This document shows, in pieces, positions 34,783 through 42,507 of a stretch of DNA of 64,000 nucleotides. A program made the position numbers and the translations under genes. Within the stretch, counting starts at the first letter, position 1. Each line of letters opens with the position of its first letter. Source of the DNA: an uncultured Myxococcales bacterium (GTDB lineage: Bacteria; Myxococcota_A; UBA9042; DTJE01); NCBI GenBank assembly GCA_903847405.1, contig CAINDP010000007.1, positions 48,969 to 112,968 of the forward strand, written 5' to 3'. A model generated the notes under the pieces. The model did not search any database and was not told the origin of the DNA. It saw only the letters and a program-made list of their open reading frames with translations.

Positions 34783-36408
34783 ATGGGACGGGCGGCGGGA
34801 AGCCTGCTGCTGGCCCTCGTCCTGGCGTCCTGCAGCAAGGCGGGCCCGTCGGCGGAAATCCCGTGCTTCTGCGAGGACGACGTCCCCGTGGATTCCTGGA
34901 TGGAAACGGACGACGGTGCGAACCGGGACATCCCGCTCGCGGACGACGCTCCCTCCATGCCGGACGCCGCCCCCGACCTCCCGGGCGACACCCTCGACCC
35001 GGGCGCCCCGGACGACGGTCCGCCGCCGCCCCTGTGGGACGACCTGGTGGGGACCGGGGAGCCCGTCGGCAACATCGTCGGCGTGGCCAGCCACATGAAC
35101 ACTGCGGAAGGCGCGAACCCCCTGCGCGATTTCGAGTTCGACCAGTACGTCGACTTCCAGGGGTTCAAGATCCGGCGGGGCCTGCGGTGGAGCAATGTCC
35201 AGCCCGACCGGGACACCTGGCGGTTCGACAAGGTCACCGCGGCGGTCACGGGGGCCCAGGAGCACAACGTGCGCCTGCTGCCGCTGCTGGCCTACGGCAA
35301 CGACTGGGCCCAGGACGACCCGGACGCCTACGGGACGCTGCATGTCGCGGACTACGCCGCCTACGCCGGGCGCATGGCCACCGAGTTCTGCGCGACGATC
35401 AAGGACTATGAGCTGTGGAACGAGGAGAACATCACCCGCTTCTGGGACCTCCCCCCGGACCCCGCGATGTACGCCGACATGGTGATCGCGTCCGCGGTGG
35501 CCATCCGCGCCGCCTGCCCCGATGCCCGGGTGGTTTTTGGCGGCATGAGTTCCTACGACGACGTGGACCTGTTCAACACCTGGGGCTACCTGCGCCTGGC
35601 CCTGGCGGCGCGTCCGGAACTGTGCGCGTCCTTCGACGCCCTGGCCCTGCACCCGTACACGTGGTTCCAGTTCGATCCGCCCGAGCACGACGCGCAGGTG
35701 TCGTTCGACGTCACCAAGCCCAGCCAGACCCGCATGACGACCATCGCGCGGGAGATCCTGGCCGCCGCGGGATGCGCGCAGAAGCCGATCCTGTTCACGG
35801 AGGTCGGCTGGCCCAGCTACGAACTGTCCGAGGACAAGGTCGCGCAGTACGCGGCCCGCAGCCTGCTGCTGTCGGCCCGGGACGGCGTCGAGGGATGGTA
35901 CTGGTACACGTTCTGGGACGATGCGCCCGACGCGTCGGGAATCCGTCCGCACGAAAACTACTTCGGCCTGTGGGGCTGGCCGGGCGCGGACGATTCCGTG
36001 CGCCGACCCAAGCCGGCCTGGAACGCGGTGAAGACGGCGGGGATGCTGCTGCGCGGATACCGGTTCGCCCGGGATCTGGGCACCGCCCTGGGCCTGCCCA
36101 ACGACGTGTATGTCCTGGCCTTCGTGGACGACGCGGGCCGGATCGCACTGGCACTGTGGGACGGTCGGGAAACGCCCGACATCACGCTGGACGGGGACGA
36201 GGCCGGCGGGCCGGACACGACCTATGCCCTGGCCTTGCCGCTGCCGGCCTGCACGACCGCCACGCACCTGGTCGACATGAACGGCGAACCCCAGGCGGCG
36301 CTGCCGGCCGGCCCGACCGCGTCCCTGCTCCTGACTCCCCAGGTCCAGTACCTCACCGTCGACTGCGACCCGGCCCCGCCCGCCGCCCGCCGCCCCTCCG
36401 GGAAATGA
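34783..36408 (+). CDS. Lipoprotein glycoside hydrolase, clan GH-A (TIM barrel, cellulase-like)
   Basis: Signal and lipobox MGRAAGSLLLALVLASCS. Acidic Pro-rich linker. Acid/base motif YELWNEENI and nucleophile motif ILFTEVGWPS ~130 aa apart. Confidence 0.7.
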   Translation: MGRAAGSLLLALVLASCSKAGPSAEIPCFCEDDVPVDSWMETDDGANRDIPLADDAPSMPDAAPDLPGDTLDPGAPDDGPPPPLWDDLVGTGEPVGNIVGVASHMNTAEGANPLRDFEFDQYVDFQGFKIRRGLRWSNVQPDRDTWRFDKVTAAVTGAQEHNVRLLPLLAYGNDWAQDDPDAYGTLHVADYAAYAGRMATEFCATIKDYELWNEENITRFWDLPPDPAMYADMVIASAVAIRAACPDARVVFGGMSSYDDVDLFNTWGYLRLALAARPELCASFDALALHPYTWFQFDPPEHDAQVSFDVTKPSQTRMTTIAREILAAAGCAQKPILFTEVGWPSYELSEDKVAQYAARSLLLSARDGVEGWYWYTFWDDAPDASGIRPHENYFGLWGWPGADDSVRRPKPAWNAVKTAGMLLRGYRFARDLGTALGLPNDVYVLAFVDDAGRIALALWDGRETPDITLDGDEAGGPDTTYALALPLPACTTATHLVDMNGEPQAALPAGPTASLLLTPQVQYLTVDCDPAPPAARRPSGK

Positions 36409-36489
36409 TGTCCGGATGAAACTGGTCTGCCGGGGGTTGCAGTGGCATGATGCCCCTGGAACCGGACCACTCGTCACCGGGGAACGCCC

Positions 36490-37092
36490 ATGAGGTGCCC
36501 GTTCTGCGCGGAAGAAATCCAGGACGCGGCGATTCTGTGCCGGTTCTGCGGCGCCAGTCGGGCGGACGGCACCTGGAAACCGGCGGCGATGCGGAACTCG
36601 TTCGCCCTGCCGCCGAAACCCCTCGCCGGGGCCGGCACGCTGCGCTTGGCGGGCGTGTTCTTCCTGGTGTCCGCCGGCATCGAACTGTATTCGATGGGTT
36701 CGGGGGTCCCCCTGGCGGGGGCGGTTCGCGCCGGCTTCGTGGCGACCGCGTACCATTCGCTGTTCGCCGCGATCTACGTCGCGATGGCCGTCGCGCTGAT
36801 GGCGCTGCGCCCCTGGGGAGTCCCGGTGTTCCTGGGCGGCACCGCGCTGTACGTGGTGGATCGCCTGGCATACGTGCTGTCGGCGGCGACGATCCAGGCC
36901 TCGGTCGCCCAGGCAACGGACGAGTTGGCGGTGCTGGGATCCGGCCTGGAAGGCATGGACGAGCTGCTGGATGCCGGCACCCTGATCCAGTTTGAACGGA
37001 TGAAGACCGCTGCGGTCATCGCCTGCTGGCTGGGCTTCGCCCTCTACGTCTACCTCAAGCGCCCGCTCTTCCACGGTCCGGCCAGGGACTGA
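36490..37092 (+). CDS. Zinc-ribbon membrane protein (200 aa), hypothetical
   Basis: MRCPFCAEEI...CRFCG zinc ribbon followed by ~4 TM helices. Confidence 0.55.
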   Translation: MRCPFCAEEIQDAAILCRFCGASRADGTWKPAAMRNSFALPPKPLAGAGTLRLAGVFFLVSAGIELYSMGSGVPLAGAVRAGFVATAYHSLFAAIYVAMAVALMALRPWGVPVFLGGTALYVVDRLAYVLSAATIQASVAQATDELAVLGSGLEGMDELLDAGTLIQFERMKTAAVIACWLGFALYVYLKRPLFHGPARD

Positions 37093-37113
37093 GGTCGCCG
37101 CCGATCGCACCGC

Positions 37114-38118
37114 TCAAGGCGTCATCATCCGCGTCCAGTCCAGGGCCTTGCGCCACGTGCAGTTCGCGCACTGTGCCACGGGCAGGGCGTTGGGCCCCTC
37201 GGACCGGGGCCCGCCAGGACACGCGAACAGGATGCGGGCGGGCTTCCGGCTGGAGTCGAGGAGGAAGCCGGCCAGTTCCTCGGCGAACCGCGCCGGGTGC
37301 AGGAGGTGGGGGAAATGCCCCCCGCCCGGAAAGACCGACAGGGTCGCCCCGTGGAACCGCTGCAGCGCCATCCGGCCGTGGCTGACCGGGATCACGCGAT
37401 CGTCATCGCCCCAGAACAGCGCGACCTGCGGCAGGGACTCGGCCGCGGCGACCTCGCGACAGGTCTGCATGTACTGGCCGAACACGTCGATGACCCCGCG
37501 AACGGTCCGGGCGAAGGACATCCCGCTGCCCGGCAGGCTGTTCATCCGCACGATTTCCTCGATCTCCACGGGCTCCGGATTGCCGAAGTTGTGCAGATCG
37601 CCCTTCATGGCCATGCGGGTGCCGATCCCCATCGCCGCGGGCGTGTACAGCACCTCCAGGTACCGGATGGCGGCCAGGCGCAGGCCCAGCATGACCTCGC
37701 GACCCAGGCCGCCCGCGGCCACCAGCGCCATCCGATCCACCCGCGGACGGTGGGTCAGCACCATCCACTGGGCGATGCCGCCTCCGTAGGAATGTCCGCA
37801 GAAATGTGCCTGGGCCAGCCCGATGGCATCCATCCACTGGTCCAGGATGTCCGTGAACCAGCCCAGCGTGTACGGGGCGTCGGGACGTCCGGACTCGCCG
37901 AACCCCGGCAGATCGGGAATCAGGACGCGGAACCGCCGGGCCAGAAGGGGGGCGGTGCGCCGCCAGGTGCGGCCCGAGTCGCCGATTCCGTGCAACAGGA
38001 TCAGGGGCTCGCCCGAACCCGTTTCGGCCCACGCGACCTCGGTTCCGTCCACGGTCGTCCGGTGGCGGGTGCCCAGGGGCGGGAGGCCGATCCTGCCGAC
38101 GTCGCCGGTCCCTTGCAT
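37114..38118 (-). CDS. Alpha/beta-fold hydrolase
   Basis: ATG at 38118 (MQGTGDVGRIG...). HGIGDSG, nucleophile elbow GHSYGGGIA, C-terminal His. The ORF-track extension to 38217 runs through repeat copy C and was rejected. Confidence 0.8.
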   Translation of the reverse strand: MQGTGDVGRIGLPPLGTRHRTTVDGTEVAWAETGSGEPLILLHGIGDSGRTWRRTAPLLARRFRVLIPDLPGFGESGRPDAPYTLGWFTDILDQWMDAIGLAQAHFCGHSYGGGIAQWMVLTHRPRVDRMALVAAGGLGREVMLGLRLAAIRYLEVLYTPAAMGIGTRMAMKGDLHNFGNPEPVEIEEIVRMNSLPGSGMSFARTVRGVIDVFGQYMQTCREVAAAESLPQVALFWGDDDRVIPVSHGRMALQRFHGATLSVFPGGGHFPHLLHPARFAEELAGFLLDSSRKPARILFACPGGPRSEGPNALPVAQCANCTWRKALDWTRMMTP

Positions 38119-38134
38119 GGACTCACCTGCCGAT

Positions 38135-38218
38135 GTTCCTCCCGAGCGCGCAGGCGCAGGCGATGGGTTTCCGCAGGAAACTCTCGCCGAAGACGAAGTC
38201 GCCTCGGGCCTTTCCACT
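38135..38218. repeat. Intergenic ~84-bp hairpin repeat element, copy C (variant subfamily)
   Basis: ctCCCGAGcgcgcaggcgcaggcgatgggtttccgcaggaaactctcgccgaagacgaagtcgcCTCGGGcctttccactg. The inner stem is GGTTTCC/GGAAAC, i.e. compensatory double substitutions relative to copies A/B/D. Confidence 0.85.
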
Positions 38219-38309
38219 GATCCGAAATGTGGGCCTTTCCCTTACCGGAGGCAAGGCGACGCGGAGCACAGCGAGAATGGATGGGCGCGGGCGATGTCGG
38301 TGGGCCGGA

Positions 38310-39356
38310 TCACTTCACGAGGGGTACGCGGACGATGGGACCGGGGCGGACGATGAGGTGGTCGAGGCCCGCGAAGGTCTCGCCGTCGATGACGGGGTCC
38401 AGGACCTCGCCGTCCCGCGCGCGGACCTCCAGGGACTCGCCCGGGAACTCGTGCCACGTGCCGCCGGGGATCGGCCGGCCCGCGACCAGCCAGATCCACT
38501 TCCAGGAGGCCTCGCTGGGGGTCAGTGCACCCGCGACCAGGTGCAGCTTGCCCGGGAGGCCCGCGAACGGGAACAGCTTCATCGTGCCGAAGTCGACGTC
38601 CACGGAGCCGACGTGCAGGCCCTGGTAGGATTCGTACGGCAGGACCTTTCCGTCCGCCACGACGTGTGCGCGGGTGCCGGACATCATGTCCCGGCTGTGG
38701 TCCTTCCACCGTTCCATCCAGGGGAAGCCGTGATACGGAACGAAGGACATCAGGTGCCCGGTCCCCACCTTGACCGCGATCTGGATGATGGTCCAGGGGT
38801 TCGGGTTTGCGGCCTCGTAGTATTTTTCGAAGAACTTCTGCCCGATGCCGCCGACGGCGGTGGCGAATCCCAGGCGGCGGAAGCCCATCGAGCCTTCCGG
38901 ATCCCCCACCCGGTGGCCGACGACCTCCAGCGTGGGCAGGTCGGCGGTCGTGAAGGCGCGGCCGGACCGGACCCCGTCCACGAGGATGCGGATGATCCGG
39001 CTGGAACTGCTGCGGATCCCGGCCTTGCGGGCGACGAAGTCGATGGTGCCGCCGTTGGCCGGAACCAGGAAGTAGGGGAACGGGGAACGGCGATCCCAGA
39101 CTCCGCGATCCTCGAGGACCGAGGCGCCCTCGTTGACCAGGCAGTTCAACGTTCCGTCGCCGCCGTCGGCGACCCAGTACCTGCAGCCGGCATCGATGAA
39201 TTCCTCCACCACGCCGCGGATTTCGCCCAGGCTGCCGGTGGCCCGCACCAGGACGTCCCCGCCCAGCGCCGCACTCAGTCGCTGGACGCGGCCGGTGCCT
39301 GCGCGGTTCCGTCGGGACTTCAGGTTGGTGATGATCCCGATGCTTGCCGCCACCAT
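38310..39356 (-). CDS. Diacylglycerol-kinase-catalytic-domain (DAGK_cat/YegS-like) lipid kinase family protein
   Basis: 348 aa with ...WVADGGDGTLNCLVN... (GGDGT motif). Confidence 0.7.
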   Translation of the reverse strand: MVAASIGIITNLKSRRNRAGTGRVQRLSAALGGDVLVRATGSLGEIRGVVEEFIDAGCRYWVADGGDGTLNCLVNEGASVLEDRGVWDRRSPFPYFLVPANGGTIDFVARKAGIRSSSSRIIRILVDGVRSGRAFTTADLPTLEVVGHRVGDPEGSMGFRRLGFATAVGGIGQKFFEKYYEAANPNPWTIIQIAVKVGTGHLMSFVPYHGFPWMERWKDHSRDMMSGTRAHVVADGKVLPYESYQGLHVGSVDVDFGTMKLFPFAGLPGKLHLVAGALTPSEASWKWIWLVAGRPIPGGTWHEFPGESLEVRARDGEVLDPVIDGETFAGLDHLIVRPGPIVRVPLVK

Positions 39357-39450
39357 GGCTCCTTCCGGTCGCCGCGATTTATCGCAGAGGGGTGGTCCGG
39401 ACGCAAGCCTGAACTGTGCGGAGAGTGCTGCCCGGCGGCACCGGGGCCCG

Positions 39451-39759
39451 TCAGTGATTCACGCGGTCGCTCCCGGCGGGGACGAAATCATTCCACCACA
39501 CGATCGCCGCCGCCTGGTCCTCCAGGCGCTGGATCTCCGAAACGTTCATGGACAGCAGGATGGCCACCTCCTGCCGGGTGCGGGCCACCGACGTGCCGAT
39601 CGCATACCGCAGTCGCAGCACCGCCTCCTGCCGGGGGGACAGCAGGGCCAGCCGGGACCGGAGGGCGTCGTCCACCGGCTGCCCCAGGGGGCCCGTGAAG
39701 GGGCGGGGATCCAGGCTCAGCGGACCCCGGTGCGTATCGTGGAGCGTGACATGCGCCAT
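39451..39759 (-). CDS. Stand-alone sigma-70 region-4-like HTH protein (102 aa)
   Basis: LSPRQEAVLRLRYAIG...TRQEVAILLSMNVSEIQRLEDQA resembles sigma-70 region 4 / LuxR-type HTH. There are no region-2 motifs. Confidence 0.5.
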   Translation of the reverse strand: MAHVTLHDTHRGPLSLDPRPFTGPLGQPVDDALRSRLALLSPRQEAVLRLRYAIGTSVARTRQEVAILLSMNVSEIQRLEDQAAAIVWWNDFVPAGSDRVNH

Positions 39760-40105
39760 TTCACCGTCTCCAGAAGATGTGCAAGGATCGAACGCTACCC
39801 CGGCGACCGTACGGCAGGAATCAGTGCCATTCCCGGTTGTTGCGTAAGGGATACCCCTAGCGGCCGCCCGTGGTCGGCGCCAGCACGCTGAGATTCCTGT
39901 TCATGCAGGATCCTCCCACGCGAAATCACCAGGGATTCGGGCATGGACGGCGCGCCTGTCAACCGGCGGACAATTGCCCGGAAACACAGGGCGAACGTGC
40001 CCCTGGGATGGCGGGACGGCATCCCGGGCGGCCGGGGTTCGTCCGCGCCGGGATCGGCGTTGCATCCGTCACCGGGAATCTCGTAGGATCCCCCCCGACG
40101 AGGGA

Positions 40106-42004
40106 ATGATGCAGACCATGCCCGGGGAAGGGACGCAGGGGACAGGCCGCGCCGGGCGGGACGTTGCGCCTTACGCCGGCGCGATCGCCTTCGCGTTGAT
40201 CCTGTGCGTCTACGCGGCGCTGTTTCCGGTGCCCCGTGGGGACCGCGTGGGGGGCGACGGGTTCTACACCTGGATTTTCGCCCGATCGCTGGCCCTGGAC
40301 GGGGACCTCGACCTGGCGAACGACTACGGGACCTGCGGGGATCCCTGGCGGCAGGGGGGCGACGAGGGCGGCGGGCGTCCGGCGAATCCCTTCTACCTGG
40401 GCCCGGCCCTCCTGTGGGCGCCGCTGCTGGCCATCGTCAAGACGGTGCAACCGCTTCCTCCCGACGCGTCGCCCCGGTGGAAGGACGCCTGCGCGGGGCC
40501 CTGGGCGGACACCACGCTGGCGTTGACGCCGCTGATCGCCGCCTTGACCGCCCTGATGGGCTTCCTGCTGGCGCGGCGCTTCTGCGGTCCCTGGACGTCG
40601 GCTGCCGCGATGCTGGTCGTCGGCCTGGGCTCGGCGCTGATGCACTGGGGCGCGATGGTCGTCCAGTACTCCCACGCCTACGCGGCCTTCGGAGTGGCGG
40701 TGGGCGTCCTGGCGTGGGTGCGGGCTGCGGAGGTTCCGGCCTCCCGGTGGCGCTGGTTGCTGGCCGGGGTCGGGATCGGGTTCGCGGCGCTGATGCGCAG
40801 CCAGGCGATGGTCCTGCTGCTGGCCCCCGCCATCACGCTGGGGATCCGCCTGGTCGCCGATCTGCGGGCGCGGCGGAACCCCGTGCCGTGCATCGTGGCC
40901 GGCGGCCTGGTCCTGGCCGGGTTCGCGTCCCTGTTCTGGATCCAGGTCGCGGCCAACGTGGCCCTCTATGGCAAACCCTTCGTCATCCCCCAGGGGGCGA
41001 CGTACCTGCAACTGGCCCACGCCCACCCGTTCCTGACGCTGTTCGCCGCGCGCAACGGGCTGCTGACCTGGCACCCGCTGTTGTGGCTGGGCTTCATCGG
41101 GATCGGGATCATGATCGCCCGGCGTTCCAGCCGCGCACTGGGGATTGCCCTGTGGGTGCCCCTCGCGATCGACCTGTACGTCAACTCGGCGGCCCTCGAC
41201 TGGCACGGGGCCGCATCGTTCGGGGCGCGCAGGCTGGTGAGCCTGTCGGCGCCGCTGGTCGCCACGACCGCCCTGTGCCTGGGGGTTCTGTGGCGCTGGC
41301 TTTCGGCGACCCGGTTGCGGCTGGGGCTGTTTGCCGCCGCGGGATGGCTGCTGCCCTGGTTCGTGATCGGCGTGGGCATGTCCATCGGGGACATCCAGGG
41401 GGACATCCCGAACGACAAGGCGGTCCCGATGGCCGATCTGTACCCGGCCGGCCTGAAGAAGGCCCTGCAGGTCACCCATCGCGCCGTCGGGAACCCCGCG
41501 GCCTGGCCCGCGTCGCTGCCGTTCGCGGTCCGTTACGGCGTGGCACCGGGGCGCTTCGACTTCTTCACCGGTGGCGGGATGTTCCGTCATACCTACCGGC
41601 CGGTGAAACTGGCGGGAGCGAACACGATCGATTTCAAGGCCCGCGAGGTGGATGACCTCCTGGTCGAGGGCCTGGAACGGCAGCCCGCAGGCGTGCGGCT
41701 GCAGGAAGGCGTTCGCGGCCGCTTCCTGGTGGAACTGGAGTGGCCCTTCGTGACGCACGTGTCCGTCACCGCGAAGCCGTCCTGCGGCCGGACCGTCGCC
41801 CTGACGATCGTCGTCGGCCAGTTCACGTGCCGCACCGACGTGGGCGTCCTGGGGTTTCCCGCGGAGGGGGCGTCGGTCGAAATCGCGGTTCCCGAGGGGG
41901 CCTTCGACTCGGGCGTCAACGAGGTTGTTCTGGAAGCCGACGGGGATCTGGTCCTGGAATCCTGGACGTGGGTCGATCGGGGAGTGCACGACACCAGTTT
42001 GTGA
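40106..42004 (+). CDS. Polytopic membrane protein, GT-C-fold glycosyltransferase-like (ArnT/PMT-like), 632 aa
   Basis: ATG-ATG at 40106. ~11 TM helices. N-terminal loop motif GDGFYTWIFARSLALDGDLDLANDY. C-terminal ~200-aa soluble domain. Confidence 0.6.
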   Translation: MMQTMPGEGTQGTGRAGRDVAPYAGAIAFALILCVYAALFPVPRGDRVGGDGFYTWIFARSLALDGDLDLANDYGTCGDPWRQGGDEGGGRPANPFYLGPALLWAPLLAIVKTVQPLPPDASPRWKDACAGPWADTTLALTPLIAALTALMGFLLARRFCGPWTSAAAMLVVGLGSALMHWGAMVVQYSHAYAAFGVAVGVLAWVRAAEVPASRWRWLLAGVGIGFAALMRSQAMVLLLAPAITLGIRLVADLRARRNPVPCIVAGGLVLAGFASLFWIQVAANVALYGKPFVIPQGATYLQLAHAHPFLTLFAARNGLLTWHPLLWLGFIGIGIMIARRSSRALGIALWVPLAIDLYVNSAALDWHGAASFGARRLVSLSAPLVATTALCLGVLWRWLSATRLRLGLFAAAGWLLPWFVIGVGMSIGDIQGDIPNDKAVPMADLYPAGLKKALQVTHRAVGNPAAWPASLPFAVRYGVAPGRFDFFTGGGMFRHTYRPVKLAGANTIDFKAREVDDLLVEGLERQPAGVRLQEGVRGRFLVELEWPFVTHVSVTAKPSCGRTVALTIVVGQFTCRTDVGVLGFPAEGASVEIAVPEGAFDSGVNEVVLEADGDLVLESWTWVDRGVHDTSL

Positions 42005-42015
42005 GGAGCCGCGAC

Positions 42016-42507
42016 CTACAGGTACCGCTTCAGCAGCTTCTTGCCCTGGGGGTCCAGGGCGCGGGTATCCAGCACGCGATACCGGACCCCTTCGGCGTCG
42101 GAAATCAGCACGCCGTTCAATCCCAGGCGCCGCACGTGGTCCTCGCTGGTCAGCACGAAGCGGACCTCGCCGCGATCCGTTTCCACGTGCCACGCGGTGG
42201 GCTCGGACCCCTGCGAGATGTCCAGGATGCGGCGGATGGTCGGCACGAACTCGCGGCGGGACAGTTCCTGCTCCAGCAGGCTCCGCACGCCCGGATCCAG
42301 GTCGGCCAGGTCGGTGATGCAGGCCACCTCGTGGCCCTGCGGGTCGCACAGCGAAACGCGCTGCGTGGGCGAGGTGAACGGGAAGCAGCGCACGGGGACC
42401 ACGTTCACCACGGGCGCGGCGCCCGGCAGTGCCATGACCATGCGGCCGAAGGCATCGACGTGCAGCGCCAGAGCGGCGGCGTCACCAGAGGTCAGGTCCG
42501 TGGTCAC
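42016..42507 (-). CDS. Small conserved protein, DUF1854-like (163 aa), coupled to the ABC exporter
   Basis: The GTG at 42507 overlaps the ABC exporter stop (GTGA). Proteins of this type usually neighbour ABC exporters. Confidence 0.55.
   Translation of the reverse strand: MTTDLTSGDAAALALHVDAFGRMVMALPGAAPVVNVVPVRCFPFTSPTQRVSLCDPQGHEVACITDLADLDPGVRSLLEQELSRREFVPTIRRILDISQGSEPTAWHVETDRGEVRFVLTSEDHVRRLGLNGVLISDAEGVRYRVLDTRALDPQGKKLLKRYL

Noticed and set aside
39959-42349. 796-aa minus-strand ORF
   Set aside because: It is antisense to the polytopic membrane protein gene, whose TM-helix periodicity is clear.
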